Of a stretch of 64,000 nt of DNA, positions 49,610 to 64,000 are shown piece after piece. The notes beneath the pieces were generated by a model that was not told the DNA's origin, made no database searches, and saw only the letters and a program-made list of their open reading frames with translations. The position numbers and the translations under genes were made by a program. This stretch comes from Podarcis bocagei. Its lineage: Eukaryota. The stretch lies in the NCBI GenBank assembly GCA_964188305.1, contig OZ076890.1. The stretch is one strand, 5' to 3'. Each line of letters opens with the position of its first letter. Positions within the stretch are counted from its first letter, which is position 1.

Positions 49610-49835
49610 CAGTGGTACCTCTGGTTAAGTACTTAATTCGTTCCGGAGGTCTGTTCTTAAGTTGAAACTGTTCTTAACCTGAAGCACCACTTTAGCTAAT
49701 GGGGCCTCCTGCTGCTGCCGCGCCGCTGGAGCACGATTTCTGTTCTCATCCTGAAGCAGAGTTCTTAACCTGAAGCACTATTTCTGGGTTAGCGGAGTCT
49801 GTAACCTGAAGCATATGTAACCTGAGGTACCACTG
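49610..49835 (-). mobile_element. pogo/Tigger-like MITE, family B, reverse orientation (226 bp)
   Basis: TA flanks; one fewer 16-bp subterminal repeat. Confidence 0.92.
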
Positions 49836-50639
49836 TACTTTAGTTACCCATTGTTGATCATGACCCCCAATAACTTCAAAAGGCTAGAAAAGGCTAATCC
49901 TTCATCCTATGGGCTTGTTTGCATGCCACAGTAAACCTTAAGCTGTGTTTTATTGTGAATTTACCTCAAATTTGCTGTGGCTTCTTCCCCTGTGCAGTGT
50001 CAATGCAGCTGAAACAAACCATAGTGTAGCTTGTTGTGTTGTCCGACCTGAACTGTGGTTTGTTTGTTTGTTTGTTTGTTTCACCAACCCATGAGACTGA
50101 GATTAACCACTTCACCACATTGGCACTTTGTTCTTAGTTTATGTGCTGGACTATGACCTGGGAGATGAGAGTTCAAATTCCCAATCAGCCATGGAGCTCA
50201 CTAGGTGTTGATATGAATGTTAACATACCGGTAATAGTTTTACATGACCAAAGGCTTTAAAATGCTGGGGGAAGGGGACAGTGGATTGGGAATTCTCCAA
50301 ATAAAGACTACTGTAAACCAGGGTCAACAAATTTTAATTACACATGCTAATTTTCATTGACTGAAAGGCTCAGACACGCCCAAGATCAACAGCTAGGGAT
50401 GTTTGCCTTGTTTGTAGAAAGCCCCAGAGTTCCTATTCACTGTTTATCTCTGTTTTGTGCCAGATGTTCATCTCACTGGTTCTTTAGTGGCTTTGCATTT
50501 GCATCATTTCCTCACTCGGCAGACCGCACAGTACAGTAGGACAGAGCAATTTAGCATCCCAAGAAGGAAAAAGGAAGCCACTTTTAAATTGGTTCCTAAA
50601 TAATTTAGTGGGATCTCCTCATTTTACGTATTCACAGGT

Positions 50640-51010
50640 TTTTTTTTTAAAAAAATAATTTTATTTTGACAAAGTAATAATCATAAATAAATAAGAATAA
50701 AAATGTGTACCCCACCACCGAGACCATTCCATTGTAACTAATCCAGTCTCCCAAAATTTCAACACCTACCTCTTGTAATGGTTTGACCCCTTTCCGTTTT
50801 AACAGTACAAATTCTACAAACACCCTCCATATCTCCTCAAAATCATTTCTCCTGCATATTCCCCGTCTTACCTTAATGACACATGTTAATTTATCATTAC
50901 TAGCTATATCTCACACCTCTTTATACCATTCTTCCATTTTATCTTCTGTTGCCCCTTCCACTTCCTAGTTTATAATAATCCATGCAGCTGTCAATAAATT
51001 TGTGAGCAAG
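50640..51010 (-). mobile_element. L1/Tx1-type LINE ORF2 C-terminal fragment
   Basis: Minus-strand remnant NLLTAA...KWK...MEEWYKEV...NDKLTC; poly-T at left edge. Confidence 0.6.
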
Positions 51011-51151
51011 TCCTTCATAGCCTGTGAACCTTCCACCCCAATGCCACCTCAGGACTACATATTCATAGTTTTGATGGTGTGCAGAAGCTTAAGTGTGTGT
51101 GTGTGTGTGTGTGTTGTGCTTTATCTGCTTGGCTTGCTACCTTTTTAATTA

Positions 51152-51368
51152 CAGTGGTACTCTGGTTACAAACACTTTGGGTTACAGACTCCACTAACCT
51201 GGAAGTAGTACCTCGGGTTAAGAACTTTACCTCAGGATGAGAACAGAAATCGCGTGACAGCGGCAGTGGGAGGCCCCATTAGCTAAAGTGGTACCTCAGG
51301 TCAAGAATGGTTTCAGGTTAAGAACGGACCCCCAGAACGAATTAAGTTCGTAACCAGAGGTACCAGTG
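51152..51368 (+). mobile_element. pogo/Tigger-like MITE, family B, diverged (217 bp)
   Basis: ta|cagtggtac ... gaggtaccagtg|ta; same core as other family B copies. Confidence 0.88.
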
Positions 51369-53301
51369 TATGTTGTAATGTAAGCCATGTTGGACTTCGA
51401 AAAAGATGAAGTAAAAATATTTTCAATAAAGGTGTGGGATTTGTGATTGTGAGCTGTGTTCTGACGGAGACCCCGGCTTTGCCCAAGTGGGTGGAAAAAC
51501 CTATCACTGGCCGGAGCAAGTAGCAGAAAGCCTCCAAACAGGGATTTTGAGGTGGGGCTAAACAAAATCTGTTTTGGATTAACACTGCCCCTTAACACAG
51601 TTTATGCTTGAAGAGCTGCCATATTGGGTGGTTTATGCAGAGGGGCTGGGGCACATTCGCAGTCCCTGTCCCCAATGTCTTCATGCCTGTGTGTTGGTCT
51701 CAGACATTGGTGCTGGAGTTCTTAAGAAAGGGGTGTTTCTTCACCCTGGTTTTTTTTTTATTACCATTTTTATTTTTGCCTGGCTTCAGATAAGATGCCT
51801 ATCAGTTTCCTCTCAAGATCAGTTTCCATCATTATACAAATGTGGCAGTGTAACGCAGGCAAGAACATGAGCATTTAGTTGCACATATTTTTATTTTTCA
51901 GATGGTTAATCCCATTCATTTAAACCTTTTGAGGAAAACTGCTGTAAGGTGTCAGAGTAGGCATAAGGCAAGCTCTTTTCTCAATGCTACTATTCTTACT
52001 CGTTGTAATGCTGTGCCAAAATAGAAAATAATATTTGTAGATCATTTTTCAGCCATCCCTTTTTTGTTTCCCACTGTTGCACTGATAGGCAACAATAGGA
52101 TCCATTTATTATTTTTTCTTAACATACATGCACATCTGTCTTTATTCCTCTCTTCTTCTCCCCCACCCCCTAAAAAAACTTTTTGGCTTCTGTTCTCTCG
52201 TATTTTCATCTTCTCTTAAAATGTAAACAGTGAGGAAGGTGGTGATGCAGCTGTTGCAACCCCTATATAGTACAAGACATGACCCCGATTTGGGTCATGC
52301 CACACTACTTGTAGACCAGTACCTTAATGGAAATGTTAAACATCTTGATCCCATTGAGCAGCCATAACTGCCCTTGCCTTAGCTTACAGAAGCATCCTGT
52401 GCTCAGCAAGGCAGATGGAGTCCTCTGGTTATTCTATTTGTGCTTGCACCCCTCCCTCCACCCCAAAAGCAGAGTTGGGCCAGTTTAAGACTTTCTGAGG
52501 ACATAGAATGATGGAAAAATCGCTGTGGGGCTGTTGCAAGCTGTATTCCCTCCCTTCCCTTGACAAGTGCAGGCCAAGTTTAAAGAGGCAAATGGAGACA
52601 AACAGAACTGAAAATAAGTATTAAGACTTAGTTTTGGTTAAGCGCATACAACTAGGCTTCAAAGATTTATGGATTATATAATTAAGCATATTGATTTTAA
52701 CAAAACAACAAACAAAGCACTGTAATCAATAGTTTTAATTAACTCATGCATCAATTAACTAAAGCCACTTATACATGTTATCTAACAAAATGCTTATATA
52801 GAATGCCAAAGAATTAAATCACTTTCATTCTCACACTTTAAGTAGCACTGGATCTAATGATGCCAAATGTTTGTAAATAGGTATGATAAAGAGTTTTAAC
52901 AATTAACTCAAGTAACAGATAATTGGGTGATTGCCTCAGATGTTCTTAAATTGAAAATAAACTAAAATACAAGAATTGCCTCTAACATGCTGATAAATTT
53001 TAAAATAAAAAAGTCATCTGAAATGTTGCTTTTGTTACATATTTTCTTTTTTAAAAACCCTTGTTATAGATAGATTGGTAGGTTTCCCAAAAACTTTTTG
53101 TCACAGGATGTTGCCTGCGACACTAAACCATGAGTTACTGCTATGTGCATGAACTAGAATGAGCCCAAATGATGCTTTGGGCTTGTACCTTGCTCCCCTT
53201 TTCCTACACAGGTGGGAAAAGGACTTTAGCAAAGAATTTAGTTTCACTTTCCTCTAATGCTGAATTGTCTTTACATACAAACCAGAGATCATCATTTAAA
53301 A

Positions 53302-53395
53302 CACGGGTGTCAAACACAAGGCCCGCGGGCCGAATCCGGCCCGCCAGACCTCATCATGTGGCCCGTGTAGCCACCGCCGGCCGCCAGCCTTCACC
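53302..53395 (+). mobile_element. hAT MITE 5' fragment
   Basis: cacgggtgtcaaac...ggcccgcgggccgaatccggcccgcc subterminal GGCCC repeats; no matching right end seen. Confidence 0.55.
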
Positions 53396-53722
53396 TTTTA
53401 TTCTCGCTTTTTTTTTTTTTGACACAAGAAAGCCGCCTCTTATACCCTTCCTTTTTGCTTTAGGGAAGCATGTGGCTGCATGTGCCTAGAACAGGACTCT
53501 GGAGTAGATGGACCTTTGGTCTTATCTAATAGAACACCAGGTATGCCTACCAGGGATGCCTGTTGAACTTCTGAGACCAGATATCCACATATAGGTACAA
53601 AATTTGAATAAGATGGTGCAAACACAAGACCAAATTGTACTGTTAGTTATCATGTGGGATATTGATCATGACATGTCATTTTACAAGCATTTAATTGAAT
53701 GTGTGTACATTCCAACACTATA

Positions 53723-53964
53723 CAGTGGTACCTCGGGTTACATACGCTTCAGGTTACATACGCTTCAGGTTACAGATTCCGCTAACCTAGAAATAGTGCT
53801 TCAGGTTAAGAACTTTGCTTCAGGATGAGAACAGAAATTGTGCCCCGGCAGCGCGGTGGCAGCAGGAGGCCTCATTAGCTAAAGTGGTGCTTCAGGTTAA
53901 GAACAGTTTTAGGTTAAGAACGGACCTCCGGAACGAATTAAGTACTTAACCCCAGGTACCACTG
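53723..53964 (+). mobile_element. pogo/Tigger-like MITE, family B (242 bp)
   Basis: TA flanks, TIRs, near-identical to other family B copies. Confidence 0.92.
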
Positions 53965-54808
53965 TACTTACGTTATGTCTGTCTGGAGATCTTACAGGTT
54001 GGGTAAGCATGGCTGAATGAAAGAACGAAAGCCATTTAGATAATATTTTTGAGAGCGTCTGCAACTGTATGCCTTCTCAGAGTTTTATCTTTGTCAGAGG
54101 CCAGACTAACACAAGGAACACAGCCTTCTCTGTAGTGGCACCTCCACTGTGGTACTAACTATTGGTTTAATTTTTAGTAGCAAGTTAAAAAACACACTTC
54201 TTTTAACTGCCCTTTGAGGGAAGGTCCGGACATGTTGATTTCGTGAGCTGGCATAGATTCCTTTCCCCCACCCTCCAGTCTGCTGGACCTATTTTCTTTT
54301 CCTGTGGCTGTTTTTGTTTTTAAACTGCTATTTATTATGTTGTTAGTTGCCGTGCATGCTCAGTGGCGCCATATTTGATAGGATACAGCTCCTAAAACAA
54401 ACTGTACAATAACCGTTGGCAGATCTGAGTAACTTTGGTACAATATGTCAGAAACTTTCTTCACAACCATAAGGGCAAGAAGAAAAGCTAATTACCTTCC
54501 CTTCAGACACACAAACTGATTTTTGTAATTGGTATTGCACAGGGAGAGATACAGAAGATAGTGCTGATTATTTTTCCTGTTTTACTTCCTGTAAATATTT
54601 CATGTGCAGCTTCAAATTCTGTGTCAGAGGCTACTGCTATGTTTTCCTGATTTTGGGTGGGGTGGGTACTTGTTGGACAATACAGAAGGCTACAGAAAAC
54701 CTGCTGGACATGCAGACTAAGCATCCTCATGCAGACTAAGCATTTGACTAAAAATAAAATGAATAAATTTGTTTTTGTATTTATAAGTGTTCCATTTGTT
54801 TGCCTTAA

Positions 54809-54928
<120 letters not shown>

Positions 54929-56366
54929 TAATTAAGGTGATTTGAAAAGATGATTTGAAATTTGTGTTTCCTCTTATATTTTTCTCTCTTACTAATTCAG
55001 TTGACATGATTTTGTATGATAAGAGACAAAGATTTAGCTGAAGAACCATCATTTGGTTTTGTCTCTATAAGCCTCAATATGTGTAACTTAATCTGTGGAC
55101 AGTAATGAATTAATCTTCTCTGACGAGAAATCTATAATATGTGCCAATCTCCTAAAAGTTCTGTTTTTTTCTAGTCTAAAATACAGAGTCTGTACAATTT
55201 CTGTCATATGAATTTTGTTTTGATGCTTGGAATATAATTTGACAGCAGTTCAATAATTTCAAATAACAAAAAAACTCCACCCTGCAGTATGTATTGGCAG
55301 CTTAAAATAGATTAGAAAAAAATAGGTGAACCCACTAAGTGCTGACAAATACTACCATCGTAAGACATAACCCAAACGTTATTAGAACTGGGATATTACC
55401 GTGTTCTGCTGCGAAGCCCAGAATCCAAAGAACTGGGCAACACACAGCTATTGGGTCTTTCCTTCAGTAGCAGGTGTCCATGGAACAATTTGTCCAGTTA
55501 TAAAACAATGTGCTATAAAACATGAGAAAAAGCTAAATACATTCATTGGAATGGGAAAAATAGAATTTTCATTTTCTGACGCTTTTCTGAACTAAAATTG
55601 TTTTCATTGATTGGTTAGTTTTATTTGGAGGGGTTACGGATGTGTGTTTTAGCAGCCCCTCTCCCCTGATAACTTGACTATATAGGGTTGAAGGACCTCT
55701 CAGAGCATGGCATGTGTGTGTCTTTATGTCTGAGAAAGAATAAATAGGTGACTTCTTCTTTCCTCACAAGTGGAAGTGCAATCTGCTTGTGCGGTCGGAT
55801 ATTCTGTTGAAAGGAAAGTGGGTTGCCTGGCTAATTTTGGCTTTTTAAATATATATGTTCAACAACCTTTTTAGGCTGAAAATGCTGGATGTAGCTATAA
55901 TTTTACTAGAGATGTGAATCTTGCATAACTTTTTCTTGTTAGTAGTCATAGGATGCCCCAAGTGGAACAAGGTTGTAATGTTAGCACACCTTCTTTTAAA
56001 TATGTTTTTATTTCTTTGGTCAGAATTGCTCAATAGTAAATCAGGATACCAGAATAACTGGATTTATATGGTATTTATTGCTTTATCTTCAATGTGGATT
56101 TAAAAATATTTCCAAACCAGATTCACCCCCCCCAATCCTTAGAAACGCCTAATATTTTGTTTTGTTTAGTGTTCTGTGTGCTGTGAACATGATCCAGCAA
56201 CAATAGGGGTCCTTTTCAGTCTTTATATTTGGGAAATAACTCTTAAATCGAGTATGAGCCCTAGAATGTTGTTTTCATCCTCTCCAATTTTCCTCCTCAT
56301 TTAGCGAAAACGAGTGAACTGGGCTATGCCACATTTCCTTTGACTACTGGGTTGAAATCTTTAGTC

Positions 56367-56515
56367 TAGTCTTTCTCAAACTTGGGTCTCCAGCCAATGT
56401 TGAACCACAACTCCCATCATCCCTTACCACTGGCCCTGCTAGCTAGGGATGCTAGCTAGGGATGATGGGACTTGTAGTCCAGAAAGATCTGGGGACCCAA
56501 GTTTGAGAAACACTG
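56367..56515. mobile_element. Palindromic hAT-Charlie-like MITE
   Basis: tttctcaaacttgggtc / gacccaagtttgagaaa; acaactcccatcatccct / agggatgatgggacttgt; internal 13-bp tandem gctagctagggat. Confidence 0.75.
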
Positions 56516-57173
56516 CAGTCTTTCAGTAGACAGATCGAGGATGAGCAACGCAATGACAGCATTTTCAATGAATACTAAATAATAGTTTAGTGCAATGTGC
56601 ATGAGCTGAAAGGAGCCTGTACAAAGCACAGTGCCTTGCGTGTCCCCTTGCCCCACCCTCATCTTTTCCTGTGTTGCTGGGAGGAAGAATAAAGCAGGAT
56701 TCAGTTGGGCTTTTTTTTTTGGCTTGTACAACCAGTCATTGTGGTATAACATATAAACTCTAGTCAGTTGTATCTGCTAAAGTGAAATTGAATCCTGACT
56801 TACTCCTTTTTCTGGTCATGAGGAGGGTGTGCCTAACACTATACTCTGGCTCACAGAAGCTTGTGCATGTAACCTCACCATGTAACATTATGTGCGAACA
56901 CACTCAGTGTGTTCTGACAAATGCAGTGTGCCCCAATTAATTTGCTATGTGGTTTCTGAGGAGCCCAAGGCTTGTACAGATTTCTTCCTGGAACGCAACA
57001 ATGGAACAGAGTGTGAGAAGCTCTGAATAATGTGTGTTTATTACTGATCCTTTGCTTAAAACATCGTTTCTATAATTTTACGAATGCAATGGATTATTTC
57101 CATTGATGTTGGTGGCATTGGGATGGCGAGAGAAAAGCAATGCATTTATTTATTAACAGTGACCTTCTACTAG

Positions 57174-57269
<96 letters not shown>

Positions 57270-57439
57270 TAAGTGTGCACGCTTCTTAGGAGCATAACTT
57301 GTTTTATTTAATTCACAGAAGTATTTATACACCACCCTGTAGCAAAACATCAGGGTGCTATAGAACAACAGCAACAAATTTACAGGAGTACAAAGCAATT
57401 ATTAAAGTGACTAGCTACTCAGATAACTGTATAAAATGT

Positions 57440-58610
57440 CAGCATAAAAAAGTCTTCAAGAGATACCTGGATGTAAAAAGTGAGAATGCCTGTGAATCTC
57501 TGCTGGAAGAGTGTTGCACAACATGGACCAGTGACACTAATTGTCTGACCTCTTGTGTAGGCCAATCAGGCCTCTGTAAGATGCAGGACAACTAGCAATG
57601 CTCCTTCAGGTGATCTTGGTGATCGGGCTGTTATACAAGGACAGCTTAAGGTATCTTGGACCTAAGTTGTCCAGGCTTTGTATACTGACACAAAAACTTG
57701 GATATGGGCAGCCAGTGCAAATGTTTCAACAGAGGTGTCACAAGTTGTTGGCTTTCTGCCCCACTCAGCAGTCTAGCAGCGACATTCTGCATCAGCTGGA
57801 GCTTCCATACCAGCCCAAAGGGCCATCTCACATAGTGTGTTGCAGTAATCCAATCTTGAAGTTGCCAATGCATGGACTACAGTGGCAAAGTATTCCCATG
57901 TCTGGCATACCAGTCAAAGCTGATCCAAGGCTGTCTTCTAATTACAAAGATGTATCTAGGAGTAGCCTCAAGCTACATACCTGCTCCTTTAGAGGGAGTG
58001 TAGCCCCATCCAGAACAAGCAAACGGTCTATCTTCTGGACACAGGAACCACCTGCCTACAGAGCCTCTGTCTTCCCAAGCTTCAAACTCACTTTATTGGC
58101 TCTCATCCAGTCCACCACTGCATTTAGACACTGGTTCAGAGCTTGCACAGTCTCTCCTGGCTCAGATGAAGTAGAGTTGTGTGTCATCAGTCTACTGATG
58201 GCACTGTGTTCTAAAACACAGTGGCCACACATAGTGGCTTCATATAGATGTTAAAAAGTGTTGGAGACAAAATAGTGGCCTGTGGAACCCCATAGCACAG
58301 TTGCCAGCGATTTGAAGGGGACTCTTCCCAAAGCTTCTCTGTGAACTTGACTACTGTATTGGAGGCTATTGGGAGTATCCAGTACACATCCCACACAGGC
58401 AATCCAAGAGGATACAGTGGTCACTGGCATCAAAAGTCACTGTGAGATTGAGTAATACTAGCATGGTTGCACTCACCTGTTCCTTCCGATATGGGTCATC
58501 CGTCAGGGCTACCAAGACCAGTTCAGCTGCAAAATCAGGCCTTGACCTAGATTGAAATGCATCAAGATAATCAGTGTTGTCCAAGAACACTTAGACTTGC
58601 TCTGCCAACT
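57440..58610 (-). mobile_element. L2-clade LINE RT fragment, antisense to PCCA
   Basis: Minus-strand ORFs: LDAFQSRSRP...LVLLNLTVTFDASDH; YGVPQATILSPTLFNIYMKPL; KLQLMQNVAARLL...LKHLHWLPI. Confidence 0.88.
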
Positions 58611-61222
58611 TTATGCAGCATTAGTTTTTCATTGTTTAAAATATTGCTTACTGCAGAAGTAGAAGGGAAAAGAATATCAGTGTATTAACTACTAGCTTGG
58701 GATTCTTTCCTATTTCTCACCACAGAGACTATTAAACAGTAATTTCTAATTTGTTGCAATATTAATTTGGAATGACTCTTTGTTCCATGCAAAGTTCTTT
58801 GCTGTGAGGGTCATGGATTTCTGAAATCTGTTTCATTCAGATTTAAAAGGATTATGTGTGGCATTTCAAAATTTGAAATGCTGGACCGCCATCAGAAAAT
58901 TAGAAGAAAGTTAATTGTATGTACAGAATGACTCCAAGCCAATAACAGTACATAATATCTGTGCCATAGCTTTACACACATGCTGTATTTTGTAAATAAA
59001 TAAAATTGCCGGTTCAGATTTTATAATTCCCTAGAAATATATGAGAATTCAGATTTCAAGCAGACAGTGAACTGGACGTTCAAGGAGACACGCCCCCCCC
59101 CTCTTAGTGAGCACTTTGTGTCCTAGTGCAAGCATAATTTTGTACTGCTTGGATCCAGAGAAGCAAAACGTTTATTCTGCTCAGCCCTGAACTTTACTAT
59201 CCAGCAACCTCAAACATCAGGGGTCCTGTGAGATACAAGGAGGATGGATGGCAAAATTGGCTGACCCTTATTGCATGTGCCTCTGTGTAGTGATAGAGAA
59301 GGAGGTTTGTGGATTAGAGGTCCATTCCATATGTCACCACAAGCCACAGTCATGAGAGCCTAACAAGTTTACTATAATTTTTTGTTTTGTTTTTGATTAG
59401 CGAGGGCTTCAGTGGGACAAAGGTATTGTGAAAACTGCAGATCCTCCTAAAATATGTTCCGCTCCCTTATCCCACTGCTGTCTTCCTCCACTCATTCTCC
59501 CTCCACCTTCCCTAGTGTGTCTTATTTTCTTAGACGGTGAATTGGCACGCTGGTTTTATTTATCATTATTCCTGTACAGCACCCAGCTCCTTGTAGGAGC
59601 TTAATAATCACAGATTTTCATTACATTTTAAGCACAGGAAATGCCTTCTGTTGCACAGCTCTCTTCTTATTCTCTGGCTCCCTTGCCATTGAGATTATTA
59701 CATTTCTTTGATTTACCACTCTAATATAAGAAGTATAATAAAATACTTGTGGTGTTTGCTTCAAAGTGGACTGGATGAGAATAGATGAAGGGGAAAAAGT
59801 GAGAGATGTTGGCTTGATAGGAAAACCTTCATTTTGTGCCCAAAAAATGACACTAACAGAAATACACTGGGCGATTTATTTTTTTTTGAAGCATTCTTAA
59901 TATTTGATAAAATATTTGTTTTTCAGTACTATGTTGAGGCTTCTTTTGCTTCTTGGAGATGAGAATGGAGACAGGTTTCGGTTTTTCAAATTAACAATTT
60001 TTGCCATATTTTACTTTTTCAAAATTCTGCATGCTCTTGTATGCTTGTATTACTTCACAGAGTGAAGGTGGGAGCAACCTATGCCATGCTTTGATAGGTA
60101 AAAGTAGTAAAACTTTTACAGTTGAAATACCAAAACAGTACAGAGAAGCACTGCTAGAATATATATATATTTCTGAATTGGCAAGCCTCTGGAAGATGAT
60201 ATATTTAGTACCCTGTAGTGAGGAAACTTGCTGGTTGGGCGAACAGTCTTAAGAGGGAATCCCAAGAGGGTTCGACAACTGCACTCGAGGGCAGAAGAAA
60301 CAGCTGTGTCCACGAAGGGGAGGGAAGAGAGCCCTGCTGTGTGGAACAGATGAATCAAAGTAAGAAAAACAGAAAATTAAAAGTTTCAGCTTTAGGGTAA
60401 AGTTGAGAGAATAGTTTAAGATGCAAGCTGTTACTGTCATTGTATGTCATATTCAGAGTAACAGGCTAAAGTTGAAATGTTAACACAGTTCAGTTTGGAA
60501 CGGCAAGGTTCTCATTTCAAGATTTTCAGTCATCCATCCATCCAGCCCTCTGTCTATTGCCTCAGTTCTCTGAGAAAACACACATGTTGTGAACAAATAG
60601 ATAACACCACTGCAATTTGGAGATGGTGTGGAATTGCATTAAAAAGTTGAATTCTTGTAATGGTATTGCTTCTCCACACACACACACAAAACTTGAGGAC
60701 CCTAGCAACTGTCCTTGCTGGCAAATCAGGGACTGGAGCTCTTTGTCTGAAATAGAACTGGAAGCAAGCCCCTCTTCTATCCAAAAAGTTGGCATTTAGA
60801 GTGTGAAAGAATAATTGCTGCCTGGCCTCAAGGGAATGCTCTACGCGTATCTCCTCTGAGCACCTGAAATTCTCAGCAGTTCAAATCACACCAAATGCAG
60901 AGAAATAGCAGAATTAACTGTCCCCAGTGGACATTGACAGGAAGGAGACAAGGCCAGAGCAGTGAATTGTAGAGATGCAGCGGACAGCCCCCCTCTGGGC
61001 AGCATGTGGAATGTGGGAATGGCAATCTGAGAGGGCTTTCTCTGTGGCAGCCCCTAAATGGTGGAATTCCCCTGTAGACATGTCTTAACACCACCATTGT
61101 ATAGCTTTTATTGTATGCTGAAGGTGCACGCTTTTGATGTTCTGCTCTTTTGATTGTAAATTATTTTAATACTGTACTTTTATATTGTTGTAACCTGCCT
61201 TTATAATGAAGGATGAGGAAGA

Positions 61223-61228
<6 letters not shown>

Positions 61229-61269
<41 letters not shown>

Positions 61270-61292
61270 GTAGTAGTAGTAGTAGTAGTAGA
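61229..61292. repeat. Compound microsatellite (TAA)n(TAG)n after an L2 3' remnant (about 61020-61200)
   Basis: Directly visible; gggctttctctgtggcagcccctaaatggtggaattccc upstream. Confidence 0.85.
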
Positions 61293-61605
61293 AATGAAGT
61301 CCATATTTCTCCCATACAGCATCCTTGCATATTGGTTAAGTAGACCAAAAAACCTAATATTTTCGTGATTGGTAGAAGTGTTCCATATTTTCTAAATGAC
61401 CTTGAGAAATGTGGCTTATGTAAGGGGTATTCTTTCAATATTTCAAAATAAGGGACAGCTGTGATCAGCTAGTGTTTAAATTACATTACCGAATTGGACA
61501 CAGATTTTGAAATATGTGAACTTAGAATGTTTAATTTTAGCATTAATTTTGTTGGTTGATTATTAAAAGTCAGGGTTTTTTAAAACGTAATTCCCAAGCA
61601 TGTAG

Positions 61606-61908
<303 letters not shown>

Positions 61909-62462
61909 TGAGAAGGAGGAGAGGTACACTATTTTTAGAATATGGGTGGATGAAAAATTGTATTTTTATGCTAAAAACTTTTCAAGTTTCTTGAAAACCC
62001 CATAGCAGAGCAACACTAAGATAGCATTTTATTCCCAGTGCTGATTTCCTCACTTGAGTTTGTGGTTGTGATATGTTGTGCTGGACAGTGGTGATTTTGA
62101 GTTAGACCTTGAACAGAGAAGTTTACTTGATCTGGTGAATGTGCACTCGTGCTTGTCAGTCATCATACTGTTTATAGGGAAACAAGGCATGTAGTTTGAC
62201 CTTGGCATGCCTTGGCAAGGGATACATTTCAGCTAAAATCTTAAAACTCTTTGAACACGTAAAATGTGGACCGGAGTAGTGTTGCAGCAGAAATGTTATG
62301 TAAGAAGTTACAGTGACTGAAGTGATGGTTGGGGGTATCATACAGTAGCAAATTTACCCATGAAAATAATTTTAATTGCCTCCAAATATCTGCAGCCTTC
62401 ATCATGTAGAAACAATATGGCAGCACAGAACTCAACATTGCTTCTGGAAAACATTCAAAATA

Positions 62463-62683
62463 CAGTGGTACCTTGGGTTACAGAGGTTTCAGGTTACGCG
62501 ATTTCAGGTTGTGCACCGCACTGAACCCAGAAGTACCAGAACAGGTTGCTTCCGGGTTTCGGTGCTCGCGCATGTCCAGAAGCGCTGAATTACGACCCGC
62601 AACCCACGCGTGCACAGATGCGGCGCTGTGGGTTGCGAACGTGCCTCCTGCACGGATCACGTTCCCAACCCGAGGTTCCACTG
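62463..62683. mobile_element. pogo/Tigger-like MITE, family D (221 bp)
   Basis: ta|cagtggtaccttgggtt ... aacccgaggttccactg|ta; core differs from family B. Confidence 0.88.
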
Positions 62684-63826
62684 TAATTCTTACAACAAGA
62701 TAGTATCATCTCTTGTGAAAAGAGAGCAGAATGCAAGACTGGGCACATGGATGCAGATGCTGGCTCACAGTTGCTCATTCATTCCTTTGTGCCAGACAGA
62801 GTATGGCTCCTGTTGAAGACCTTTTTGTGTTGTGCCTTTGGAATTTCTCAACCCCCCCCCCACCGCATCTAAATGGTCTTAACATTTTGGGATCATGAAA
62901 ACAGTGTAATCAAGGTAGCAAATGAGCAATGGAGAGACGCATAGAATAAAATATTTTCCTCTGAAGAGTGCCATGAGCTGAGCTGCCATTAAATAAAAAG
63001 ATAGTCTAAAGTAGGTTTTTGAAAGAAGCCTCTAAATGCGGTCAAATACAGCCTTTCAAAACTCAGTTTGGTGGATGCAGATATTTCCAGGTATAGTGCA
63101 AAAGCAGCAAATGAAGGAGCTGTCTAGCAATCTTGAGCTCCCCAGAACATGGATGTTAGAGAAGGCAGCAGCAGCGTGTCATTTAAAAATTGACTGTAAA
63201 CACAAACACATCTGCAGATTCTCCTGGCTCTAGAGTTAAATTTGGAGGAAAAAAGCTTTATGAGAATTACTAAGTTTGGCTCTTAATTAAAAAGGGAGAA
63301 AAGCTTAGATGGCTAGTTACAAGTCTGCTAATAGGCATCAAAGTTTGAGGGTTGGGGAAAAGTGACAGATCAATTGGGAAAACTGTAGATGAGGCCAATA
63401 AAATTACTACTCACCAGCTTCAAACTGAAACACTAATTAGAGACAATACACAGCCAAGATAGAGGAATTAGAGAAATGCACCTAACAAACATTTTAATTA
63501 AAGCTTAGTGCATTTCCGATAAAGTTGGAAAGAACAGATCTGACTGAATAGTGTTTAAACAGGCTTTCTAAAGTTTCCAACGACAGGGTTTCTCCATCTG
63601 GAAAGTTTTTGCAGCACCCTCGGTGATTGCACATGAAAAACACGAATTGTAAGCAAGACACTGAGCTGAATATATCAGAGGACTCTGGTTGATTTGCACA
63701 ATGCGCTAAGCCAAACATTGGCTTATCAAGACCTGAAGAGGAGCTCTCGGACACTTTGCTCTTCCCTGATCTGTTTTGCTGCTGCTCTGCACTGAGCTCT
63801 GTATGTAAGACAGGGACACTGCAGTA

Positions 63827-64000
63827 CAGTGGTACCTCGGGTTACATACGCTTCAGGTTACATACGCTTCAGGTTACAGACTCCACTAACCCAGAAATAT
63901 TACCTCGGGTTAAGAACTTTGCTTCAGGATGAGAACAGAAATTGTGCTCCGGCGGCGTGTCAGCAGCAGGAGGCCCCATTAGCTAAAGTGGTGTTTCAGG
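63827..64000 (+). mobile_element. pogo/Tigger-like MITE, family B, cut by the window end
   Basis: ta|cagtggtacctcgggttacatacgcttcagg... Confidence 0.9.

Noticed and set aside
57598-58254. 218-aa plus-strand ORF
   Set aside because: Antisense shadow of a degenerate L2 reverse transcriptase region

Overview
Eukaryotic (vertebrate) genomic DNA from a squamate reptile, most likely a lacertid lizard, judged from the Sauria-SINE subfamily, BovB and L2/CR1 content. The window lies inside the + strand gene PCCA (propionyl-CoA carboxylase alpha). Eight GT-AG coding exons are present (114, 54, 132, 37, 79, 103, 95 and 151 nt, equivalent to human exons 5-12) and splice in frame to most of the biotin-carboxylase domain. 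The rest is intron carrying many TA-targeting MITEs (CAGTGG- and CCGTATTT-ended), Sauria SINEs, tRNA/CR1 SINEs, L2, CR1, L1, BovB/RTE fragments, hAT MITEs and microsatellites. Two things stand out. (1) At 4103-4546, a (TA)n-embedded multi-palindrome is built from a Penelope-like element end that carries a minimal hammerhead ribozyme motif. (2) At about 19320-19800 on the antisense strand, a frameshifted copy of CDC42BPB (MRCK-beta) exon 1 with a perfect Kozak ATG is joined, at the expected exon boundary, to an unidentified coding-like sequence. Nearly all other ORFs in the track are spurious or TE-derived. Family names are from recall, not database searches.
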